A stretch of 63,442 nucleotides of DNA, the filler included, from Pelomyxa schiedti (lineage: Eukaryota; Protista; Evosea): the NCBI GenBank assembly GCA_020536535.1. It is 8 parts of 8 records of this genome, joined end to end, with 100 filler letters (N's around TTAATTAATTAA, not from the genome) between each part and the next. Parts side by side here need not be neighbours in the genome. Positions count along the whole stretch, not along the records: positions 27,008 to 39,765 come from JAHLWZ010000207.1; positions 39,866 to 42,297 come from JAHLWZ010001990.1; positions 42,398 to 44,162 come from JAHLWZ010002284.1; positions 44,263 to 59,182 come from JAHLWZ010001161.1; 4 more parts are not named here. One strand, given 5' to 3'. The notes beneath the pieces are model-generated. The model saw only the letters and a program-made list of their open reading frames with translations, was not told the DNA's origin and made no database searches. The position numbers and the translations under genes were made by a program. Shown here one piece after another: positions 36,735-48,448 of this stretch; within the stretch, counting starts at the first letter, position 1, and every line of letters begins with the position of its first letter.

Positions 36735-38858
36735 ATGTCTCACAACACCAATATTCAGCCGTGCATCTCCGTTGTTATAAGTGCGACAAAGCCCGATATC
36801 TCTGATTGTGTGGCTCTTCCACCACCACATGCGATCTGCGGTGCTGCTTCATTGCAACATCTTCACAATGTTCCAATGGATGTGCAACAAGCCGAACGAT
36901 TCCCCGCTCAACCTGCGTCATTTTCTCGGCAACTACAACAAACGACGATTTCCGAAGGTTCCCCCACCACTTCACTTGCGCTGAGAGCTGTGGCAGACCA
37001 AACTGTGCAACCTGAGTTGCGTTTGCCCGCAGATCGAGTCCCATCAACTGCACTGTTTTTGAAACCTGAACCCTCACCAGTACACGGGGTTCCTTCTTCC
37101 AGACTCTCCGAATCTCCCCAAAAGGCACATGAGTTTTGAGTTTATGGAATAATCTGACATGGACTATTCTAGGATTGCGACAGATTTTTGCCACTGATAT
37201 CGAACTCGTTGGACCTTGAAATAGCTCGTCGTGACATTATCAGATCTGAGCAAAGCCGTTCCTTTTTGGGCAGGTTATAAAATGATGTGCGGACGAATGC
37301 TCACCTTCACACTTACATTACAGTGGTGAGCAAGAGCAACTGCAACTGCAACTGGCCACAAGAAAATATCTAGCAGAAATTGATCACAACCTTCTCCAAG
37401 CTGCTGGTGCCAACTTAGATTGGCACAACAAAATATTGAGCTTCTCATACAAACGGTCTCATTCAGCTCCAAGTCGGCACAGAATACTGGAAAACTTCAC
37501 TTCCCCGATCTTATGTGTGAGCAACGTTGTTCAGAGGTACCACTGCTTAAGTTTTTGCCCCCATACTGACAGTTGAAAGGAATATTCCACACGAACCAGA
37601 GAGGGTTCTTGATGCTCCTGATTTGATTGACGATTTCTATGCTAGGTCTATTGATTGGGGTAAGTTGTTCCTATACACAGACCTCACTTGTCTAAAATTG
37701 TCCCAAGGCGGCCCGATGTCTTTCCTTGCAGTTGCTCTTGGAACAAGTGTCTATACCTGGAACCCTGATACTTATGAAACTAGTCAGCTTATGCAAATTG
37801 ACACCGAGGCGAATTTAGTAACCTCTGTTCGCTGGGCACCCCTGAATGCGCTATTAGCAGTTGGCACGAAGCAAGGTAGATTCGTTTAGTCTCTGATATT
37901 ATGTATGACCATTTTACTACTCTCAGGGGATCTTCAACTGTGGGATGTTAATGAATCGAAACAAGTTGGTTCTATTACTGGGCATTTTGGACATGTGGGA
38001 GCCCTATCTTGGAGTGGTCAGCTTGTAGCATCTGGGTCCCAGGACACTTCGATAATTATTCACGACATCCGAGCACCCCATGATCAACACGTTGCACACT
38101 TATGCTCCCACGTGGATAAAGTGTGTGGTGTGGAGTGGGCACCTGGGGGAATACAACTAGCCAGTGGAGGTAGGTATAGAATTTTCAAGTTTGCTCTTTG
38201 ATAAAAATTCCAGGAAATGACAGCTCTCTCTTCATTTGGGAGCCACTGCGGAACGCAGGTTCACCAAGACTATCCCTTTTTGGACATACCGCAGCAGTGA
38301 AAGCTCTTGCATGGAACCCATGGCAGGTACATTGTAGAAGCGGATCATTCGTTTTTTTTGAAACACCCACAGACTTCTGTTCTTGCATCAGGCGGAGGAA
38401 CTGCTGATAAATCCATCAAATTGTGGAACACATGCAATGGAGAATGCGTGCAAACAGTAATGACAAATTCACAAGTGACCTCACTTGAGTGGAACCGCGA
38501 GTATGAAGAATTTGTATCGGCGCATGGGTAATCAATGCCACTGTAAAAACGAATCACCTATTCACCTCTACCATTATTCAGATACCCCGAGAGAAAACTT
38601 TGTTTGTGGCATTACCCAACCATGTTGCAATTGGCTTCCATAGAGCAAACAGACCGCCTGCTTCAAGTTTGTTGCAGTCCCGATGCCACAACATTAGTCT
38701 CGACTTGCGCTGATGAAACCCTCAAGTCAGTGTATCAGCCTACTTTTTCGTTCGGTATTAACTCAATGTTCAGGTTTTGGGCGCTATGGCCGCGCATTCA
38801 GTACAACAAAAGGAGTGGAGCAAAGGACCCTGTTGCCATCAGACACGCACTTCGTTGA
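36735..38858 (+). CDS. CDC20: Cdc20/Fizzy-family APC/C activator (WD40)
   Basis: C-box DRFLP, VLDAPDLIDDFY, LASGG|ND, HTAAVKALAW, LASGGGTADKSIKLWN, ADETLK, C-terminal LR. Cdc20 versus Cdh1 not resolved. Confidence 0.92.
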
Positions 38859-39148
38859 CCCTTTTTGTTTTTACAAGACTTTTAGCCAAAAAGAACTTCA
38901 TCACAGAAACTTTTTTTTCCTCGTTATTTTCTATTCAACACACACGAGGAAAAAAAAAGTCAAAAGTCGGAGTTGCTCATGTATTGGACTTTGCCGTCGT
39001 GACCCAGCGCTTGGTCAATAAAGAAAAAATTTCCTCGTCTACTTTTTATTGCTTGAAGCTGCAGACGAAACAAATAAGCACAATTTTGATAGAGCCAACT
39101 CCCAACCACCAGGAACTTTTTCCCAAAGGCTTTCATAAGCAACTACAA

Positions 39149-39655
39149 ATGAAAAACCACGTAATAGCATGCTCTGTTGCCCTAGTTGGCGCCATTGCCT
39201 GCGTTGTTCTCGGTGTTGGTATGTCAGCTTCTGCCACTACAACTGTGTATTGTATTGTATTGTAATGTAATGAAGGTTCTATGTTTTTAATTTCTTGTTC
39301 CTTCCTTTTTCCTTATTCTTGTGTAGGAGTGCACCTTGGAAAGCTACGCCTTGACCAAAGTGTCATTCGCGTTGCAGCAATAGCGGAATTGCTAGCGCTC
39401 GCTGTTGCAATATTTTTGTGGTTCAAGAAAGGGTACCTTTTCTCCAGTATCGGCATGCATTTGACTTTCCTTTTTCTATCTTTTGCTCCCACAGTGGCAA
39501 GGGAAAGTCAGGTAGCAAGAAATCCCAACCAAACGGCAAGAAGGGCACCAAGAAACAGCCCAAGAAGCCACAACCCAAGAAAAAAACTGTCAAGAAGGTG
39601 AGCTCACCTTATACATTTCCGTTTGTTGGGCTAACTTTTCTTTCCTCAGAACTAA
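39149..39655 (+). CDS. Small protein with two hydrophobic helices and a Lys-rich tail
   Basis: Four exons with GT-AG introns: MKNHVIACSVALVGAIACVVLGV|GVHLG...LFKKG|GKGKSGSKK...VKK|N* approximately. Confidence 0.65.
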
Positions 39656-39865
39656 ACGGCTAGTACTATAATCATAACGTTTCTAGTGTATCTAGGCACC
39701 ACAACACGCCCAATCCCCCTGTGTTAGTATCAGTTCTAAACCTCACAAAAAAATGCATTTTTTTTNNNNNNNNNNNNNNNNNNNNNNNNNNNNNNNNNNN
39801 NNNNNNNNNTTAATTAATTAANNNNNNNNNNNNNNNNNNNNNNNNNNNNNNNNNNNNNNNNNNNN

Positions 39866-40146
39866 CAACCCTTCCAGGGTTCACTGCAGCAACCACCTCC
39901 AAATCAGTATCTAGTGCTAATTCCAGCACCAACAGCAGCCACGAGGAGGTGGCCATGTGTCTTGTGTGTGATGAGAGGGAACCCAACGTTTGCTTCCAGC
40001 CCTGTGGTCACGTCGTTGTGTGCTCTGAGGTAATTTACACCCTCTATTTCTACCCTTTTCCAATACCAACACAGTGTTCCACTGTCGTGAAGAGGTGCAC
40101 AAAGTGCCGTGCTCCCATTCTCCACAAGCAAAACCTGTTCCTATGA
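39866..40146 (+). CDS. RING-containing 3' end of another MORN-RING-like gene (copy F); 5' part lost in a gap
   Basis: CLVCDEREPNVCFQPCGHVVVCSE|CSTVVKRCTKC, with the intron at the same position as in the other copies. Confidence 0.75.
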
Positions 40147-40221
40147 ATGCAAACAAAGTTTTTTTAACACCTCACGCCATTCCCGGTAACAAACGGTCAA
40201 AAAAGAACCATCAATCTGCAA

Positions 40222-41048
40222 ATGCAAGTGACTGGCGATCACCTTTATGTCGAATTTGCGCTCGACGCACGAGACCAATGTGTTGCGATGTGCCTCGCGT
40301 TGTGCCCACCACCACCACCGCCCACAATCCCATCTCGGGCGCCTGCTCGCATCACAAACGACGGTCCCCATAGTCCTGTCAGGTCCCAACCAACACAAAA
40401 AGGTGTGGGTCCATTCATTTGTCTCTTCAGCACTTATTACTCCAAGGGTGAAGCCTATCGACGTGACGATGGGCCGACACGACTTGTTATCGTTCTTGAC
40501 AATGAAGCGGCGTGCTGGGGTGAGCACCCACAGTTCTGGTCAAGTTTGAGGGGAGTGAAAATGAGCACGTGAGGAGGGTGATGACTGTGGACCTGGAGAG
40601 GAGCTTTTCGTCAGGCTCCCTGGTTGTGGTGAAGGAGGGAAGGGATCTCACAACATGGGAGCCGTCCAATTGCAACCCCCCATGTCTCTTCGTTGATGAT
40701 GCCAGTGGTCACTCCGTGGATGTGGAGCGGGAACATGGTGCCTTTGTTCCGGACCTCACCACAGGTGAGAGAAAAAAGCTGTCTAAAGGTCGCTGGCTGG
40801 GCATCAGCAAGGCTGGCCACAACCCGGTGAGGGTTGGGGAAGTCACGTACAACGTGTTCACCCACCAACCCTGCACTTCGGTCATTTGGCCACGTGAGGC
40901 ACACCAGCCCCTCATTGACCGCGGCCTCATTGTGCGAAAAGAAACCTCAACAATCACATCAACAGTATGCAGTACCTTGATCGAGGCACAAACTGGATTG
41001 ACTCTCTGCCATTTCCGTACTCTGTGCCATTCCCTTGCATTCCTCTAG
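40222..41048 (+). pseudogene. Degenerate ARDQ-family paralog of 41088-42275
   Basis: ARDQCVAMCLALCPPPPPP, RRVMTVDLERSFSSGSLVVVKE and DAQTG-like EAQTGLTLC occur in different frames; the middle is missing. Confidence 0.6.
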
Positions 41049-41087
41049 AGGTCGGATTTATTCTCAAAAAAAATAAAATAAATTTAA

Positions 41088-42275
41088 ATGAGCTGGCACG
41101 AGGGGATGTTGATAGATCACTTTCAGATTGAACACGTTATTGATGCACGCAGCCAATTTGTTGCAATGTGTCTCGCGCTGTGCCCACCACCATCACCACC
41201 CACAATCCCACAGCGTGGTCCCCCTCACCTCACAAACGACGTTGTGAGGCTCATCGGCGAGTGTTGGGTCTTGAGGCCCGTCAGGCGTTTCATCGCTGGA
41301 GGCAGCGGAGTCTTTGGGAGGGTCGTGTCTGTTGGCTCAACACTGGGAATTGTGGGTGATGTTGAGAGTCCTTACGTGTGGAACTCCTGTGGAGGGTCTC
41401 CAAAGCTCTATGTGTTATGCTGGCTGGGTTGTGATCGTGCAATGACGTTGCACTGTGAGTTGGGCGCACCCCGTATCAAGGTTATGGACATGGTGAGCCT
41501 GGAGTTTCAGGATAATGGGATTGTGTTGCCCTATTCTTCATCAAATTGCTACTGGGGCACAAACAAATGGGCTGTGTTGTGGCTATCAGTGAGCTCCACA
41601 ATCCAGATTCTCAATGTCGACCCATCATTCCAGTTTGGTAGTCCCAAACTCCCACCTTCTCAGCTTCTTCGCCAATACGGGCGTGCAATTCCTTTTGGGC
41701 GCTCATCAAAGCCAATTCCTTACCTGGATGTTGTGTTCTCTCGCACAGAGCCTTCTCTGATTGCAGAAGGTGATGAGGCCTTGGTGCTGGTTTCAAGGGA
41801 GAATGAGAGGAGACTGTTGACCATTGACCTGGAAAAGAGCTTCTCCACAGGCTCACTGGTGGTGGTGAAGGAGAGAATGTGCACCAAGCTGTGGGGTTCA
41901 CTCTGCTTGCCGTATCTTTTTGTGGATGACAGTGGAAGAAATGTAAAGGTGGTATTTTTGGTGGCGGAACACCATGCCACGTACTCCTTTGATGTGAACA
42001 CTGCTGAGATCAGCAAGATGTGTTACAGTTTCACAAATTCCTGGAAGTGCTCAGACAAGCTGGTGAAGCTGGGAAGGACTCCGTTCAACGTTTTCACAGG
42101 GAAAATGAACTTCCCTGATGCAGTGCCTTGTGAGACAGACTTGGATGAGAGCCTCATGAACAGGGACCTATTTCTGGGTCCTGCATCAGATGAGTGGAGA
42201 GCCGTGATTGATGCCCAAACAGGTTTGACCCTCTGCCGTTGCAAACTGAGGCCAGAAACAGCCACATTCCTGTGA
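41088..42275 (+). CDS. Intronless hypothetical protein, ARDQ family (possible F-box-like N-terminus, beta-rich body)
   Basis: 395-aa ORF with N-terminal ARSQFVAMCLALC. Confidence 0.8.
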   Translation: MSWHEGMLIDHFQIEHVIDARSQFVAMCLALCPPPSPPTIPQRGPPHLTNDVVRLIGECWVLRPVRRFIAGGSGVFGRVVSVGSTLGIVGDVESPYVWNSCGGSPKLYVLCWLGCDRAMTLHCELGAPRIKVMDMVSLEFQDNGIVLPYSSSNCYWGTNKWAVLWLSVSSTIQILNVDPSFQFGSPKLPPSQLLRQYGRAIPFGRSSKPIPYLDVVFSRTEPSLIAEGDEALVLVSRENERRLLTIDLEKSFSTGSLVVVKERMCTKLWGSLCLPYLFVDDSGRNVKVVFLVAEHHATYSFDVNTAEISKMCYSFTNSWKCSDKLVKLGRTPFNVFTGKMNFPDAVPCETDLDESLMNRDLFLGPASDEWRAVIDAQTGLTLCRCKLRPETATFL

Positions 42276-42397
42276 ACACACGAAAAAAGAATTCATTNNN
42301 NNNNNNNNNNNNNNNNNNNNNNNNNNNNNNNNNNNNNNNNNTTAATTAATTAANNNNNNNNNNNNNNNNNNNNNNNNNNNNNNNNNNNNNNNNNNNN

Positions 42398-43649
42398 TGA
42401 TGACGTGGGAACCAGAGGATTCCTCTGTCACGTGCATCTCTTTGCTGGATGCACTCATCTGGAACAAAAGGCCACCTTCAAAGAAAGCATGGTCATCCAA
42501 GGTGGAACCACCCATGGGTATTTTCTGTGTCCTGAATGGCTTGGTTGTGTCACTCACATCCCACACTTCGTATTGATCACTGCAGGGGTGAAAAGTGCAG
42601 AACTGTGACTGGTTCAGAGGTAACACACGCAAGTATCGAGATTCCCCCTGGAACGTTGGATGTGACTTTCCAGTTGCCCCCTCAATTGTTATGTAGCCAC
42701 TCGAAGGGGTAAATTCATCATAAGAGTCTTGCCCATTGATGTACCCATTCCCACCATTCCCCACAACAAAATAGTAAGCATCACTCTGTGTGTGGAAAGC
42801 AAGGCAAGAACCATACAGACCAAGTCGCGAAAATTGAGGAGGCAGATCACCAACTCTCACAACAGTTGAACTCAGCACAGCCAGTTTGCCTGATGCACAG
42901 GTTTGCGCCAGGTCAACCAAAACAAGCCCACAATGATTTTGTTCATCAACTTGTTGGCAGTCAAGTAACACGCAATCTTCGTTGATATCTGTAAACTGTG
43001 GGAGATGAGAATTCCACCCACCCCCAATTTGCACCACAACGGGCTTCTTGATCGCGGTTGTTGCGCCCACTGGTGTGCTCTTTCTTGGAATCTCAACAAC
43101 AGCCATCCTCTGGTTGGTATTATCACACAGCAACAACCACTTCCCATTCGAACTTGTATGGTCCCACTCTTTTCCACCATCGAGAACAAGTGATGCCTGA
43201 CCTGTGGCCCTGTCCTGCAGGCATAACACCCATCCTCTTTCCAGAACAATGAAGTCCCGATTGGCACCATACACGCAATCATTTTCCCGCTCGACCCACC
43301 ACCTCATGTCGTGCGTCAGCGACAGAAGCACCAACGAAACACCAAACGCGATCATCACGTCGCCCCATTTATCATTCTCCCACTTCACGCAGTAGAACCT
43401 CGTGGAGTCGTCCGACATGAGCCACAACCACACAACCCGAACAGCCAGCGCACCGTCGCCGGTGCATCCCATGATCGACATCAGCCGCAGCGGGCACCGC
43501 GCCCCGCACCGCGGGTGAGCACCGGCCGCAAGCGCACCAACTTGGTCCCTCGCCGTCACTTGGGGCGTCGGCGCCCCCGCCACCGTGACCGCCTTTCCGA
43601 TGCGGCAGCGTCGTTGTTGTGTTGCTGGTTGTCCTTCCATTTTCCCCAC
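42398..43649 (-). CDS. Intronless ARDQ-family protein; 3' end in a gap
   Basis: ORF of over 410 aa with ARDQVGALAAGAHPRCGARCPL, LVLVDLAQTCASGKLAVLS and VTEESSG. Confidence 0.8.
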
Positions 43650-43726
43650 GCGCTTCTGTTAGTCCCAGGCTAAAAATTTGACTTGAACAGCGTGCTGTTC
43701 CGTGAATCAAATTAAAAATAAACGCA

Positions 43727-44162
43727 ATGACAAGCAACCCAACCGATGACGACTACGTTGTGAGCTCGATGTTGCACGCCCGGGACCAAATCGGTGCGCT
43801 GGTGCACGTGCCCTCGTTCGGGCACGCTGTCGGCCGCGCGGTGTGGGACCTCGTCAGGGACACCGCCACAACGTTCGTGCTGCGGATCACGGGGTACACA
43901 TCTACGACGAGCGAGGAGACCGAGGAGGAGGAGGGGGGGAGCTACACTATGTTCACCCGCGGCTGCGTGAGGCTCTCGCGGCTGCTGGGGAGCGTGGTGG
44001 GCGAGCTCGAGCCAAGGTGGCGAGATAGGGACCGGCGCCTATCGTGGGTGAGCGACAGGGTGTTTGTTGGGAGAGCATGGGGGAAGCGAGGGGAGGGATT
44101 TCGGTGGTACCTGCGAGACGCGTGCAAAATGTATTATGATGGGACGGGGTTCTGGGCGATCG
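43727..44162 (+). CDS. ARDQ-family protein, 5' part (truncated by a gap)
   Basis: MLHARDQIGAL; GC-rich 5' ORF divergent from the preceding gene. Confidence 0.65.
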
Positions 44163-44379
44163 NNNNNNNNNNNNNNNNNNNNNNNNNNNNNNNNNNNNNN
44201 NNNNNNTTAATTAATTAANNNNNNNNNNNNNNNNNNNNNNNNNNNNNNNNNNNNNNNNNNNNGGTATTTGTTGTGGGTGCTGCAACAGAAGCTGGTTCTT
44301 GCGTTGTTGGTGCCTGTGTTGGTGTGGTGGTATTAGAACTAGGGCTGGCTGCGGCTGTTGTTGTTGTTGCTGCTGTGTT

Positions 44380-44381
<2 letters not shown>

Positions 44382-44428
<47 letters not shown>
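44382..44428. repeat. (TG)n microsatellite
   Basis: About 23 units. A second (TG)14 lies at 45041-45068 and (CTAAA)n at about 44876-44905. Confidence 0.95.
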
Positions 44429-44429
<1 letters not shown>

Positions 44430-47400
44430 ACTGATTTGTAACAAAATTGTTGATCGGTGTAATAAGAATTTAGGAATGTAGCACTTATGCGGTCACTTGG
44501 AAAAGATCTTAAAACACTGGAAGTTATGTGAGTCTGCAATTTTGTTGTTTTGGGATAGGCAGGTATCCCTATGTAGACACTGAAAATGAAAATCTTTTCA
44601 ATGCGGAAAGAGAAGATTTAAATAAGGGTGAGACTCCATCCTCGCCTACCAATGGCTGCTGCTTTGAGATCTACCCACCCGATAGTGTGTTTGGAACCCA
44701 TAGATGGCACATTCTCCACATAGCCAAACATTCTTCTGGCATGGCTTGCAATATTCTCTGGAATCTGTCAAGCAAGCATATCCTATAAATATGGTGTCAT
44801 GGGGCATGCCACCACAATGCCGCAATCCATGGAACTCTGGCTCTAAATTCCCTGAAGTTACTTCTACAACACCCCTAAACTAAACTAAACTAAACTAAAC
44901 TAAACTCTGCCTAAAACTGCTGCCAGGAATTTCCTTGGCTTGGCGAACATATATGCAAATACTGGCTTCCTTGCCTTGGTTCCTTGCTGCTGCTGCTGGC
45001 GTTTTCGCAATTTCCCATGCTTCCAGGTGTGTCTGTCTCCTGTGTGTGTGTGTGTGTGTGTGTGTGTGCCAGTGCCATTCTTGCTTTTTGCGCCTATGCT
45101 GTGTGTGCAGTGCAGACTTGGTGGGCGCCAGAATTGCCAGAAATTCCTCAGGTTGTCCATGTTGCACTGCCTCCAATTTGGGGAAGGTAGTAACACCATT
45201 CTCTTCAGAGATGCCAAACTAACTCTTTGCCAGTGGCAGAGAGATTCTGGTGCCTTGGATGATATGAATATAGGCTCACGGATTCTAGCTTGGTTGGTCT
45301 GTGTCCAAGGAGGTGGGTGTACTCATCACGAATCACGAGAAGATGATGTGGCACAGTCCAGTAAGTATTGGGTGGTCCAAAATAACAAGTTCTCCCTTCT
45401 TCTTATCCAATATGTGCTGCCTCAAATTGGGCAAGGCGACCAACACTCACACACACACAGGTTCCTTCCCACACTCTCCAAAATCAAAATAACTAATTTA
45501 ATTGGCTCTCCTAGGCCTGCTGCGAAAATATCCAATTTATTTCAGCAATTCCAATGGCTGATTCACATCGATTTCAGCAATTCCAATGCTGTTTTTCAGT
45601 GCAGTGCAGTGCAGTGATTTCCATGTTGGAGCGACCTGGGTGATAAATCCTACAGGGGAACAAAGTGTGTGCTTTTTTTTTCCCCATTATCACATCGTGT
45701 AGGCAAACTAACAATGAGGTCTAACAGATCAGATATAAGTCCTGAGCCCTGATAGCTGTTACATCACAATATGTCCGGGGAGCTTCCATGAAGGCACACC
45801 TCACCGCCATAGTTACTGAGGGCACCCTTCCCCCTTAAGGTAGACAGACATGGTGACTTGTAATTTCAAATTGACTAACAAATGCCATTTAGGGTTTGTA
45901 AACCAATTTTATGACAATTCTGCTGGGAGTGGAAACGGATGGCTACATAGCTTGCTTTGTAGCTGATCAGTGCACACAGCAGATATAGAGAGTGCCACCA
46001 AAAAAAACATTATGTATGTAAATTCCTCCTCACTTCAAAATAATGTTATTATTACCATGACACTATTTCGAAAAAAAATCTCTCTATCTCATGGAGTGAA
46101 ATTCAATAATTCCAATAGAATTAATGGCTTAATAAACGCCAAGACAAGTTAATAATGTAACAATAAATACAACCAAAAAATGGAATAAAATAGAGTTGTA
46201 CTAATTAATGGTTGGGGTACATAATAGCTTTGGGATGAATTCTGAGCTCTTTGAATTTGCATCTCTAGCATTCATTCCCGCGTTTGTAAGAAGAACACTT
46301 GCCGTATGTTGTTTGTTTGTATGCCACCATGATTCCCTCCCATCATTTCCGCGCTGACTGATCCTGTCTGTTGCAGTATCGGCACGCTGCCAAGTGCCGG
46401 AAATGTCTGCTTCAGTGATTATTTATTTAGGCTTCTGGCTGCTTGTTCTAAGATCACCTGCCTCTGTGCCATTGTATGCGTGAATGAATCTCTTTATTCC
46501 CAACAATAATTACATTACATGCTGCCGGAGGAATGCCTCCTAGTAAACTCACTCTGGCCAAATAACGTGGCTCCACTGTGTTGGAGCTCTGCATGATTCA
46601 TCCACACATCTTATTATTGTCTGGCTGGGACATCCATTTTTTTTTTTGGGAATCTGACTGTGATTGTCAGGGGAACTCCCTGACTGTTTTCCTTATGTGT
46701 GATTTGATACATGCACCTGTGATGGGCAGCAGATTGTTTCTATTTGTAGACAGTGATCCACCATCTCCAGATACCGATTTTCTGGGAGTGAATGACAAAG
46801 AAAACACCTCCTCTGCAACTGCCAGCCGACTCACTCTGCCACTACACAGTCAACAGAAAAAAACCATGGAGGAGAGGATGCTGTTACAGCAGCTGGAAAA
46901 GAATTGCTGTCACGAATTTCAGATGTTGTAGACCCTGACTTGAGCCACAGTCAGTCAAAAAGAGGTATAAGCCACGTAGTGTCCAAGGCCGATCCAAGAA
47001 GAAGAAAAGTGATTCTCAGAGGACCACAAGAACTAAAAGTGTTGACGCAAGAAGAACCCGGAAAAAGGCAACAACCACCTGGAGCGGCAAAACGAAAGAC
47101 CAAAAACCAGGGACCACCACCCATGGACAACCACCAAAAACGCCGTAAGGAAAATCACAACACCCACAAAACCCACAAAAGCAAGGAGAGTGGCTCTGAT
47201 TCAAGCTGCTCTGGCATGGAGTGAACAATCACGTGGGGGGGGGGGTGTGGGGGGGGGGGGGAAAAAAAGAAAAAAGAAAAAGACACACACATGTGGGGGG
47301 GCGGTGGCGGGAGGGGGGCCAAAACGTTCTGCAGCTCTTCACACAAACTCCTCGACTGGGGCCTCTACCAGGGTGATGCGGACAGATCCAACCATTGGGG

Positions 47401-48448
47401 GGCTTGCTCCGCTTGGCAGTGCACGTCGGTCATCCGCTTGTGTTTCCCTTCCTCATCGCCTCGTCTTTCGATTCATTTGAATGGTTCAGCCAGTTTTTTT
47501 TTCAGTGCTTTATTTTGAGTGTAATTTCAGCTGGGATGGGGCCCTAAAGATGCACCCGCCAGTCCGGTGTCCGCAATAATGGGAAAAGTCTAAAAATAGA
47601 TCTCGAAGGAAAAAGTACACCTGGTACTGTGAGGAAACATCATGCGTTTTGGAAGAGTTAGAGTTGGTCTTTTCACTGCAGCTCTGAGGCGCAACAAAAT
47701 GAGCCTCTGTCAGCCGGCGCCGGAGTATAGCAGAGACAGGACCCCTGTGAACTTGTGCATGGATCAACGAACAATGATGGTCCTTGGTCAAGCAGGAATC
47801 AACAGGGAAATACTATCTACACTGTTCAGTGTGAGTAGGTATGGAGCACCCCCACTCACCCACCCACCCACCACCCACCCACCACCCACGAACTAATTAG
47901 CAACACTGACTCATTTTAACAGGCGCGTGAGGTTCAAGGCGATACATGACGCAAAAGCAGCTCAAAGAAAGGTGTGGCATACACAACCCCTTCTACTACT
48001 GCTGATTACGGTGCTGCCGTCGCAGGAGATGTTGAAGTTTCCGTGGATGGCCCCCCCCCCATTGTGGATACACCATCTTCCTAGACAGTTCCCTCTCCTC
48101 ATTCCTCTCAGGAGCAGCAGGTGTCACAACAACAAGCAGCCCGCCGGAGCAGGCAGGCATGCATCCTCTGACCGCTCCCGCCGCGCCTCCCGTTGCTTCG
48201 ATGCTCGGCGGTTCAGTTATGAGTGCCCCGACCGCAACCGCTAACATCATCGCTTGCCCCTTCACTGCTTCTGCCTTCCACAGTGGTAGCGAACATCTTC
48301 TCCGCAATCAACAAGCATCAGCCAGCCACCCGGGCGGCCCTCAGCCTCTCCCTTCCTTACATTTGGTTATTTCTTGGTGTTTTGACACAAATCAGGGTAA
48401 AAATGCAAAAAATTCCTGTTGGGAATTTTTATTTCTTGTTTTGGTTGT

